Positions 11,171 to 24,400 of a DNA stretch of 64,000 nucleotides are shown one piece after another (position 1 is the stretch's first letter; each line of letters opens with the position of its first letter). The stretch is from Lingula anatina (taxonomy: Eukaryota > Animalia > Brachiopoda), in the NCBI GenBank assembly GCA_051362555.1, contig CM120643.1, forward strand, positions 27,470,848 to 27,534,847, in the 5' to 3' direction. Made by a program: the position numbers and the translations under genes. The notes under the pieces were generated by a model, which saw only the letters and a list, made by a program, of their open reading frames with translations, had not been told where the DNA came from and did not search any database.

Positions 11171-14100
11171 CTGGAATGAAAGGAAAAATATAATTGGTAG
11201 TGTATGGGTTCTGGATTGAAAGGAAAAATATTACTGGTTGGTGTTAACAATTTAAAACAGAAATATGGACGATGACTTGTTAGTGCTTAAATTTGTAGTT
11301 TTGCTTAACACAAAAGTTATGCAATCCCTGTTTTTATTTCTGACTGCATTCCTTGACTGCACGGTCAGTGCAGGAGTGATTTCAACATTAAAAAAAAAAG
11401 AAAAGAAAAGAAAAAGCGCACAACTTCTAGACTCAAACTGAAGTAGAGAGTGGCAGGGGTCTACTCACCAAGTTGACATATAACCTGGCATATCTGTCTT
11501 CATCTAGGTACTGTTGTAACCTCTCCTGAGTTCTGGCTGGGTCAGACAACTTGTCCAGTGTTAACTAGAAAATAAATAAATAAATAAATAAACAAATATA
11601 TATATATATATATATGTCAGTCATTCTTTGCTAGTGGTGCACTGCGGGGGGACCATAACAAGAATGTAATTTAAATTGAGATAGCCGACCAAATTCTCAT
11701 GACATCGTTGTGTATGTTTCAATAACAAATCAAAGAAGCTGCATGAGCAAGGAGGATGTTGTTATAAAAGCAAAAAAAGAGAAAAAGCAGAAAATATATC
11801 GAAATTACCCTCAAAATGGCGTCCTTTTTTGTGGAATTTCGACCCTACCTCTATTTAGGAACAGTTTGTTTAGGGTTTGAATGAATTATTGAAGCAGGGA
11901 ATACACCTACTGCAAGAAGATATAATAAACAGAATGTGCAAATGGTTATTTAAATAAAAATTTATTTGAAGTCCCTGAAAAATGATCACAAAATTAGCTT
12001 AACTTACGATACATGCGGTGTCCCACCCCGATGAAAATTTCATTTAATCCTATCTTTCCGTATTAAAACTGTTCAATCGTCCAAAGTAGTATGTCGGTTA
12101 GTTTGTGTCACGAAATCCATGATAATATCAGTTTTCTTAAGAATTTCACATTTATTGCTCAGCAAGGTCGATTTTTCTTCACCGCGTCCCAATGTTACGT
12201 TCGCAACGCTGAAACTTCAGAGATCGATTCTTATCAGACGACTTTAAAATGCCGCGTGGAAATTATACATCGATAGCGATCTTCTTCCATATTCACTAAC
12301 TGATGACGTCTTACACACGAATGGCTTCTTTTGCACACTAAAAAACCCAGCTCAAACTGGCGGGTGGCCCATTCTGATAACATGTTACGCAATGACGCTG
12401 TCGAAATAGGATGCAGGGCTCAGGTGTAATTCCCTCGATTTAAACGTCACAGGATTGTTTATTGGGATCTTCTTTGTATCAAGGTGAGAAATAATGAGTT
12501 TCGTTTCATTTTTCTTCAATTGTTTCAACATATTTGTGTACCGATTGATTTTTACCATTCTATAAGTAGGGTGACTTCGTCTGAACTTTCGTTTTGCGTC
12601 TGTGTCACATGGGGGACTAAAGGTCGGGGTCCGCCATATAGATAAACGTCCCAATAAAATATTCGCCCCGATAGATACGTCTCATTACATACACGTCTCA
12701 ATAGATTTACGTCTCGTTAAATTTACGTTCCGATAGATCCACCAACAGATTCCTATAAACCCACGTATCTTTAGATCCAGGTACCACTAGATCCATCTAT
12801 CTGACATCGTAATCGGCTAAAAGGCCCATATCAACTTGCGTTGTGAAATTTAGAACACATTTTTATGTTCTTTTTTGTTTTGTTTTGTTTAGAACACATT
12901 TACATGTAAATTCAGAACACTTTTTACATGTTCGAATGTTACATTTTGAGAACACTTTAAACAGTGTTCTGACGCTAGAACAGTAATTAAGCGTTGTGAA
13001 ATATAGAACACACTTTTGTTCTTTTTATGTTCTTTCACTGAGTATTGTGTGAAAACGATCTAGTAGAATAATATATTGCTGACTGCGTACTGCCGTTTTA
13101 AAGAAGTGCATTTTATGTACTGAGTAGTATACCAACCATTTCGAGCAATAGTGTACCTCTATCGGTATTTGGATCTAAAAATACGTGGATCTATAGGTAT
13201 GCGGATTTAAAGGACGTGGGTTTATGAGGACGTCATATCTATAGGAACGCAAATATATAGGACAGCAGAAAAAAATCGGATCTATCGGTATTTAAATCTA
13301 AAAAGACGTTTTTTCCGTTTTTCCTTTATGTATCTATCGGTAACGGGAGTATAGGGACGTGTAATATTTTGGGACTAATAAATTTTATCCGTACGTACCC
13401 TAAAGGTCGTATTGAACATGGTGACGCGGTGATACCGTATTCATGTTCTCTTGTTCTCGAAAACTCAATCATCGAAATTGAATTACTTATTTTTAGTTTT
13501 GTCTTAAATTAAGCGGCTACACTGTATTCCGTGCGTTTAAAATTTAACCGTCTGTAAAAACAGCAATAATGGATTACTAGCAACACTTACGTTACGCAAT
13601 GAAGCACCGAAAATGGGGGAAGAAAATGTGTCTCAGTAATGCGTGTTTGCCACTCATAATGCACTGTACTTTCTTTGAATAAGCAATAAACTATTTGTGA
13701 TCTTAGGTTATCCATTGTTCGTTATCAGAGTTAACAGATTCTTTGTGTTATTTTTTTTTCAGAATCCCAAGAGTGGATGCCTTAGTGAGCACAGAACAGA
13801 TATCACCATTGGTCCACATATGTCAAGAAGAATGTTATAATTATGAACTTTGTGTTACACTGAACTTCATTTTGTTAAATTTTGTATTTAACTGAACTTT
13901 ATTGTGTTAAAATAATAATAAAAAAATAATAATTCTTGGAACATTCTTTAGATCAACTTTGTTCAGTGTACAAGGTATGTCCCATGTGACAGAGTTACAG
14001 TAAATAAAATATGTGCATTATTCCTCTGTGTTTGTCAATTCCATTTTAAAAGCATGTGAAAGTGGTGTGCCCCTCATGATTGAAGTGTGTATTATATTAT

Positions 14101-17100
14101 TGCAGTGTGTATGGATAATAGCAAAAATATTATTATTATTTACATGATTATAAAAAGTTTTTGTACCCGCGTCAATAACGTTACCGTGACCCACATATTC
14201 ACCATTTTTATTAATTATGAAATGTGGATTAAATTCTTCAAACCCAGTTTTGAAGCATTGAGACAACACCCCCTTATGATTTAAACTAAAACTGAAAACA
14301 TTCCATGAGACTTTCATTAGTTTGTGCAAAATATATTACCCAGGGTAACGCGTCTTGGATTTGGTGGGTATAGCTGTTCAACTCCCCTGTGTGCCCTAAA
14401 AAGGGCAGCTGCTGTTTCCCTTTTTATGAAATGATAAACTGTGATGGTGTAGCTATCACATCGCAAAATTACAGCTTCCCAGAGAAAGTTTGAAATTTTT
14501 GGTCAAATTCAACATTTTGTAACCACTAGCAAAGAATGACAGATATATATATATATATATATATAACAAGTGTGAGTGTGGAACAAAGTGCTAAACAGTC
14601 TGGAGCATTTGTACACAATTAACATTTATAAATAAATAAACAAGAGACATGCAATAAAGAAAAAAAGAAAATAGTGCTTGTTTATAACAAGAAAAACAGA
14701 CAACTTCAAACAAGCCAGCTGAAGCCTGCCAGATGGCCTTGAACAGTGTAGACATGGAGGACAGACAGAATACCACAGTTACTGAAACATTCACATTTTG
14801 GTTCCTGACATTCAGCCCCTTACTTCTACTGAAAATGCAGGGCCAAAATAATTGAAAGAAATATTAAAATGAGAACAAGGCAGCAAAGCTGTCAAATTTA
14901 CAGACAAACCAGAAAAATAGCAATAACAGGTGTTGGTTTAATGTCCAGACATTGTGCCTGTACATAAAATTTCCTTCAACTTCAAGTGAATATACCTATG
15001 GACATTTAATCAACACAAAATCATCTGATCAAACTAGAGGATCAGAGAGGCGATACCGCCTCCTGGTATTGTACCACCAGCTGGAGTAAGCGTATTTGTA
15101 TGGGAAAGATGTAGGAGGGGGGGGGGGGGTAGGACATCATTCTAGTGTTGTGCTTGGCGAAAAGGGAAGCAAAATTTGCAAAGTTCAGTTCATGGTGAAA
15201 AGTAGGTCAAAGGTCAATTTCAAGGTCACAGTAAGATTGCCAGTATATGACTTCCTATTCAACTTCAATAGTAACTATGGACCTATCTCTGCCAGTTTTG
15301 GAGATATAAGGGACTAAATGTTATAATTTTGGAGTTACCTTAATGTGCCATAAATTTCCTACAGAAAAAATTAATTAAAATAAAAAAAGGTCATTTTGGT
15401 CACTATTCTTGAAATGGGGGTGCTCTGAAGTTCCAGAAGTTCAAATTTGATGAAATAATGTCATTTTTGACCACAAGTTGTCTGCTTTGCCAAGCCTTAT
15501 GTTTTATTTTTCCAGAGTTTAAAATTTATTATCCATTACCGTACTGCACATTTTGCTTTCACCACCAATATGTACTTTTTGATACAGCGTAACTCGAAAA
15601 CCGTATAGAATTCAAAAAAACAGAGACCACCTCCAGTGTTGGGCTTAACATGCTCTACAAAATGCAAAAAAGAATGGGTCTCTAGCATTAACGGTTCCTG
15701 AATTAGAGACAATTTTTTAGTTTCGGTATCTTATGGCCGCTACTCCCGTGAAAATGCACCGATTGACCCCAAAGTTACGGAGATGAAAGATGACCTGAAG
15801 GGTAACATTTTCCAATAATATTATTGGTTAAGTCTGTGTGGTGTCTGAATAACAGCGCAAATAATTTTTTTTTCGTAAAAAAATTCATTTTTTTGAAATT
15901 TTTGGCCCGTTTGACCTTGAAATAAAGGTCAAAGGTCAAATCCAAGGGCATATTTGAAATCTACACATATGACTTTTGGAAAGCCGTCTGTAGAAATTTT
16001 TCCCATAATTCCTTCCGTAGGGTAGATAATTAGCACTTAATTTTGCCATTTTTGGACAAGGGTGCATTGCAATGAATGCCACACCTAGACCCCAATACCG
16101 ACAAAGCCCAAATTTTACGTGGAACGAGTTGAGATTATAGGTGACCTAAATCCAAGAGATGGGTATGAAGGCCCTTACCGTCTAGGAGGAGAAGCGATAA
16201 CGGTAACATGGTGGCGAAGCCGGCGGAACGGACCGGACGGGACTAAAACCATGGGTACCGCCAGCGCTAACGCTGGTGGTACAACTAACTGAGACTGAGT
16301 TGCCATAACTGTATTGTACTAGCTGGATTGATCTCAAAGAGGATTCACGCTAAGGCACAGTTATGTACTTAAAGTTACTAGGGGATGTCCCAGACAGTTA
16401 AAGTATACTGAATGCAATTCAGCAAGAATTCATGAGGAGTTAGATCGGTCCAGCTAGTATGAGAGGGTAATGGGAACGCTCCGTTACTTCCCGTTACTTC
16501 GAAAAAAAATTGTTTTAAAACTTAAAACTTACGGCCTCGTAGTCTACACATGTAACTTCCTGCTCGACCACATCTTCGTCCTCAGGTGGCGGGTCAAACG
16601 CCTCCTCATGCATCAGAAGCACCGTCAGCTCTAACCTGGGATACGTAAAAAATACTTATAGGTAATTTTCTTAAATCTGATTGAAAGAGGAAAAGGAAAA
16701 TCTTCATTGATATGCATCATCATGTTACAGTCCTGTATATTGTCTCACAAAACTTAGTAATACTTAGTTTTTCACAGATATGAGCTCTGTATATATATAT
16801 ATATATATATACTAAGCCCTCTCGTGCCTCACACCCAGACATATTATACCTTTCACAACATTAATATTACTAAATGGAATCATTTTCCAAAAGAAAAAAG
16901 GCATTCATACTAGATGATAAAAATATTAAATGACATATTTTGCATTTTATTGAACGTACTGTATCCATAGTTATTATTTTTATTGACAAAACTCATGTAA
17001 TTTTGTTCTTCTATCCAATACATTCAAATCTAGTGTTTTAATTCAATATTTTCATATTTTGTTTCTTTTTATTTAATGCAATCATATTTACAGTTTTAAG

Positions 17101-19256
17101 AAGTAATAGTGAGAAATGTATATGGTGACTTTTTCAAAGACCTAATCCAAACTTCAAAACAATTGCCATAATAAATATACTATATATATAAATATAACCC
17201 ACCTTGTGATTAGCCCATGAAATACCAGCTCTCCATTTTTAGCCTTTTTTACGACGGGGAAGCCCCCATACGTTGTGTCCAGCAGATAACGTGCAATCTT
17301 CTGCACTGGCTCGTGGACGTGCAGCACTACGGGGTCAGGGGTCATCACGTCTTTGGCCCCATAGAGGTCAAGGTTAAGTCTGAAACATATAGATATGTCT
17401 GATTTTAATTTGTGGAAATCTGGGAACATGAGAGAGGTAAACAACATACAAATAGATAAATATATATAAAAAAAAAAATTAGAACAACGCCCAGAGCGCA
17501 CACCACTGAAGGGCAGAAACCGCTAAATCAACCTATCAGCGACTGTTATAACGAATGTAGTTCAGTGGGGGCCGTAGCGATAGTCCGAAGGTTCAATAGT
17601 CCGAAGGTTCATTGGTCCGAAGGTTCACTATAGAACCTTCGGACCAATGAACCCTTGATTAAAAAATCGATGAAAATGTTACCACTTTTCGGACCAATGA
17701 ACCTTCGGACCATTGAACCTTCGGACTATCGAGACGCCCCCGTTCAGTGAGAGAAAATTAGTGCTTTTTTCCATTTTTTTCCTGGCATTTCTTGTGTGTT
17801 GCTAGGGTTAATTTTGGTATCAACTAGCAGGCTAGGGTGTATACTACTGCCAGTTTTTTTTTCGGGACCAGGCTCAGGTGCAGTGCAGTCGTGAGACCTC
17901 TGGCTGTGACTGTGAGTGGTGCAGTGGTTTGTTTACAAACAGAGGGGTGCACATGTTCAAGTGATGCCGGTAAGCAAGAAAGTCTGATGACAGTATATTT
18001 TTTTGCCATTGGGAGTTATGTCAGTGTGTCTACTGTCCATGGGGATGGGAAATGTTTCACAGAGTAATTTTGTTCATGCAGTATTGCAGGCATTTCTTAG
18101 TATGGTCGTCAATGGGAAATTATTTGGTGGTTTCTGCCCTGCAGCTATAATCTCACTATTAACCTTTGTACTTAATCTATATTTCCATTAATACTTAAAG
18201 GGATAATAACTCTTCGTTTTGGCCAAAAATTGAATTTTCCTGGAGTAAACAACAATTTTCCCATACATACTAATGGTTAATGAATCCATTTTTAAATTCA
18301 AAGTTAGTCCCTGTTTTTTTTCTATAAAGTTTGGTTTTTTGTTAAAATCTCTTAAGAGATTATAACAGAGTATAGCCATCAATGAAGGTCACATGGTCTG
18401 AAGACAAGCTCAGATATCAAAACAATAGCTATAACTGCCATTTTTATGGTAAAACAGAATATGTTATATTTGTATGAGTTATTCACAATGTTTTTATTGT
18501 GAAATATAGATCTCATACAAAGAGTTATTATCCCTTTAATGCGTTAAATTAATGAATGGGCCACCAACAAATTTAATGAATTTTAAGTCACCCCATTTCT
18601 GACTTATCCTGAAAGTTTTATCAAAAGTTATCCTTAACTTTCTAAGTTAGGCCATTAACTGACAAACCAACAAAGACAAACATAAACTCTTCATCAGAGA
18701 TGACGCCATGCAATCACTCACACGTCTCTTCCTTCATGTACCACCACAGGCTCCGTGTTCAGGAACGGGATACATTTCAGCTCCAGGAGGGCGTGGTACA
18801 GAGGGTGAGTCACGAAATCTCCCACCCACTTGGCCACCATGATGCCCACCATGATGGGAAGAAGAAACTGGATGTCATTGGTGATCTCCATCTGGAAGAA
18901 AGATTCAGACTCTGATATTTCTTGAGTTTTATTTAATTTTAATTTTTAAAGACACTCCTTTTCCTGGAAGCTAAGAATTTTTTTCTTTCACAGAATTATG
19001 ATCCATTAACCCGAAAGAATTCCATTTATTTTTTATTTACTTACATATTTATTTATATATTTATTTATTCATTCATTGATATTTTTATTTAATATTTATT
19101 CTTTTTTTAAAGAAAGGAGAGCCTTGGTGACCAAGTACACAAACAGACTACAACTATACAGTTTATCTAAAGTCACTGTTTTTTACCGGTCTTGAAAATC
19201 ATTGAAGTACGTGTGAACCTTTGCATTTTACTGAAAAGTGATAAGCTATGTAACTG

Positions 19257-19303
<47 letters not shown>

Positions 19304-21298
19304 CTTCCATTAGAGTGACTTCTTGTTATAAATACACAACCATTTTTTTCTTTTGAATCTGGCAGCTCAATTTTTTTTTTTTTTACTTGAGATTTAAAAA
19401 ATTTTTTTCCTGTGCCATACAAGAAAAAGTAGGGTCATGGAATTTTCAGCATTTATTAAAAACATAACTTCCCAAAAATTTCCCAAATTTCACTGCAATA
19501 CCTTCAAAACTGTTGGTGTTATTGAACTTTGAAATTATTAACCCGATATGGTCACTGTTCTCACCATTATAACGGTCAGTGACATGGTCAGTCTGGAGAC
19601 GCCTCCAAAGAAAGATGCCGCCCCAATCAGGGCGAAGGCCCCAGGGTCCATCCAGGACCAGTAGCCAGCATCTGAGGTGTGAACACCAAATAAATCCACC
19701 ATCCCACGCCCTACAATCCTACCATATAGACCTCCTATATACCTGAACGTAAATAAATAAAATAAATAAATACATATACAAATACTATGTAGATAAGTCA
19801 TCCAGCTGTATTTTACATTATTTAAGTTTTTCATATTTATTACTAGTCTGAATCAACTAATTAAAACTATTTAATTGTTAAAAAAAATAATAAATAAATT
19901 GACACAACCAATGCACCAGCATGAGCAGTTCGATAAGTATTTCTATGCAATAAAATGACACTGGACAAATTTTACAGTAACAATTAAATATATGAGATAC
20001 AATACATAGCTTCTTTGCAAACAGGGAAACCTGAAACTTTTGTTGGGGCACAAATAATTTTGTCTGTTTGTTTGTTTGAATGTCCTGTAGTTAGAGCAGA
20101 GGGCCCACTAGTCCACCGAATAAAGAGGTCCCAGTCACCAGAATGCCATGATGAAGTAATACAGAGATACAGAAAAGTCTGCGCTGCCAGCAGTAACTTG
20201 GGGTGATTATAATTTTCTTAGATAAATGACTTTTACTCACAGCATAGGCACCACCAGACCACTAGATATGGAGGTCCCTGCGGCCCAGCACGCCATCAGG
20301 AAGTAGATAGGGAGCACCGTGAAGAGAGAGGCATAACCAAATTCCAGGTGTGTGTTCCTAGAAAATAAGTGATGGATCCCTCTCTCACCTGACACAAAGA
20401 GCAAGGTGGCAACTGGAAGAGAAGTAAATAAATAAATGAATAAATAAATAATAAATAATTAGAATTTACTATTAATCAAATTTACTGTTAACCCTTTTTT
20501 CTGCTTTCAAAATAAAGACAATTACTATGAATAAATACATAGATGTCAGCAGAAAAGTAAGAATAAGCTAAACATGAAAAAAAATCCTTTTCTCATTGTC
20601 AAAAGACCTCATCCTCTTGCCTTTATATTTATATTAACTATGTATGAATACAACAGAAACATATCTTCGTCATGATATTCTCCTTTAAGTCTTAAATCCT
20701 TAAGAATTATACAAAATAAAAATTTCAAAAAACACATATATAATCAAGACAGCTTTAATAAAATCATTTAAAAATCTAACAAGTATAAAACATTTCCCCA
20801 TACTTTCATTAAAAGACTTGTTGGTCCAAGTTGTATTTCCCTCTGTAAATGAAATTCCTTTAGGACAGTTGTACATCTGAAGGGGGTTACTAGCATCCAT
20901 GTCAACACAGTAAGGCCTGCAAGATAAAAACACGAAAACAAGAGTTTCGAATTTCACAGATTATGAAAAGTTACAGATATAATACAAAATTTAGCAGAAC
21001 CTAATGTGTTCAAATGTACTGAAAAATATTTTGCACACCATGATTATCTGTTGTTTTTACTCAAATTTCATTTTGCATTCCCACTTTCCCAAAGCTTTAA
21101 ATTTTCATCAAATACCTTTTTACATATGTGATGAGTTGGCTATCATAAAATCCAAATATGATCTAGATTTATTTTTTCTTTTTACACAATAGTAAAAATC
21201 AGAACTAAGAATTAAGTCGCACATACGGTATGCAAGCACACATGGGTTCGGATGCAAGCCTGCCCTCTCTTACACTCACTGACACACACACACACACA

Positions 21299-21329
<31 letters not shown>

Positions 21330-21432
21330 GCACACACACAGACATACACATATACACAAAGCAGCAGATACATAAACACACACATAGCCACACAGACGTG
21401 CACGCGCGCACACACACACACACACATGTGCA

Positions 21433-21463
<31 letters not shown>

Positions 21464-24400
21464 TGTGATCTCCAGTACCTGTCTTCAGGACTGCCACCAG
21501 GTACACAACTGATCTTTGTACAACTGAATGCAGCAGGTAAAAACACAGACACTGTGGCAAATATTATCTGGAACAAATAATTATAAAAGCAATATAATTA
21601 TAAATAGTAATTGATTTCTGTGAGCAATACATTTTCTATTCATCACTTTCATTAATAATTGTTTATCAAATTGTTTTTGAAAGATTCAAAATTTGGTATC
21701 TTATGATTAAGGTAAAATTGTCATTGGATGACAGTGTCAGCTATACATTTCCATGTTTCAATCATTTTGAAACATTCACTGTAGTCTGATCAATTTCTGA
21801 TGTTATAAAAATTTTAATCTGCAGTTTTGTATTGAAATTGATATTTAGTTACTTTATTTCATACTGACTTGAATTTTTGTACAATGATTTTTCTAATCTT
21901 ACATCTGATAGTATGTATTTTGCAAACAGAAATGAAGCAAACCAAACAAATAAATAAATAGGAAACTACCCACCATAATAATATTGGGTTCCAGCAGTCT
22001 TACACATTTCTGTAGACCCTGATTTTTAATATTTGACAATAATCTCTTCCGCCCTCTGGCAATTTTTAGGTTAATGAAGGTAAACATGGCTCCAAGAATT
22101 CCTCCAATAACGCCCAAGATGGCGGCAGGAATAAAGGCGAGCAAGTTCACATCCAGGCCTTCTGTTACCTTGGTAAATTGTAAAAATGGCTTCAAAAGTC
22201 AACCCAATACAAGTCTTAATTGATATCCAATAAAAAAAAAATAATTTGAAAATGAATCAGCATATTTCTTTCTCTCTCTCTCTCTCTCTCTTATAATAAC
22301 CTCTTAAAATTTTATCTTTGAAAAACCAATCAAACTGTAAACTAAAAGCTAAATTGAATAAAACAATTGAACACAAACAATTAATAAATGAATACATGCC
22401 TGGAATAAAATATACTGGTCGCTACGAAACAGTCCAAATTTGCCCTGATATTTAAAACCTTTAAATGCAGAATTAAACAAGTCCGTCGTAAACGTGGACA
22501 CCATAGAGCAGAAAAAGATCTGCCATGACAGTCTCATGTTCCAGAAAGAGGACACCTCCTCCATGGAGAACAGCAGACCCCCCACTGGGGCCCCAAATGC
22601 TGAGGCCACCCCCGCTGCAGCCCCAGCAGATATGAAATTCCGCCTATCTTCAGAGTTACGGAATCTTTCGAAGAATGGCAGGCGAACCTTGAGTGTGTCT
22701 GACTTAAACTGGCTGAGACCTGCCCCCACCAGACTCCTGGGGACAAATAAATAAATAACAAAATGGATAAATAAATGGATAAAAATAAAAATAATAACAG
22801 AAGATCATTTTGCGCAATGGTGAGTTTTTCAAAATAAGTAACTTAATGACCAAATTTTTGTCAACTTTGACCAAAAATAAATTATCAGAATTCCTTTTAA
22901 ATAAAATATTGCATCTGTTTTCTTCAAAGGAAAGACGAGCCTCTTAGTTAAAAAAGTTGTTTGCTTGAATTTAGAAACTTTTCCATTTTAATCCTGAATC
23001 AAACAATTGTTGCTGACATTGTGACATGCGCCAATCACAAAATGTCACACCTTTTTCTTCATACAGGCCACGCCCACCCACCCCTACCCCACATAACAGA
23101 TATCTTACCCCAGATGTATCATGGGTCCTTCTGGTCCTACAGGCATCCCTGCACCAACTACGCACATGGCGGAGAAGAATTTGATCACCAGCGTCTTCAC
23201 GTTGAAGATGTGGCGTACGACAGCACCGTTCAGAAAGCCAATCAGCTCAGGAATTCCTGAGCCACCAGCGCTAGGACGGAGGAACTGGAAAAATTATAAT
23301 TACAAGACTCATCTACTGGCCATCACTGAGCCAACAAAAAGTGAGAAAATGAAATGTTATGTATCTTTAACATTAAAATTATAAAGCATTTAATTAAATA
23401 TGTACATGTAACAGAATGCAGTACTTCAATTTCAGAGTACTTACCACAACAGATGCAGAGCCAGCTACCACAAATATGAGACTGTAGCCCAGACACCAGC
23501 CCCAGGCTTCCAACATCTTGTCATCCTAAAACAGACATCAGAGTGGGAATGTACGTAGTCCAGTTTTACACTTAAAGGAAGAGACTAAGGAAACATTTAA
23601 AGATTGTCACACACATCTAACACACACCTAACACCTTGTTATCCTAGAGAGTGAGATTGTAGTCCAGTTTTTACACATCTAACACACACCTAACACATTG
23701 TTATCCTAGAGAGTGAGATTGTAGTCCAGTTTTTACAAAGGGCAGGATCTGAACCTTCAGCTAAAAAACATTGGTCTTTTTACCTCCAGGAAAAAATAAA
23801 AAATCCTAAATAGCAGCAAAGAGGAGCACTAATTGCTTCAAACCTCTCTCTAACACCTCTACCAAATCACCAGTATCAAAGTGTCCACACTCACAGCCAC
23901 AAAGTCTCTGGCTTTCTCCCACTTAGTCTCCGAGACCAGGTCTATCAACTGGTGGAGCAAGAAACCCAGGAAACCCACGGAAAACCCGATCAGACCCATC
24001 ATGATCCAGCGATCCCAGTCCTGTCTGGAAATATAACACAATAAATATCAATACAACATAAGTCCTATATGACAAATATATTATTTTCTAGATATTATAA
24101 GCAGATGAACTGTATATTTAAATCATAATATTTTGGATTTCTCTTCAGTATAGAAACTAAAAACCTGTGAATTAACCATACATAAATGAACTGTTTATAT
24201 TTTTCTAATAATAAAGTCCAGAATCTGCCGATAGTGGGAAAAATCTCATCTCTGAGGAGGGATAGAAAGGCTACAGAAGCAGACAAGTCAGTGTATGTAG
24301 TTACCTCTTTGGTTGTCTCCTGAGCCAGTGTTTGTAGACTTCACTGTGTGATGGAAGATAATCCATACTTTCAAATGTGGCCAGTGTTTTTTTCTCCTCC

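Noticed and set aside
21212-21580. ORFs rich in HT/CV dipeptides (also near 51449-51750 and 61243-61744)
   Set aside because: Translations of (CA)n/(TG)n microsatellites; only 21479-21567 is a real exon
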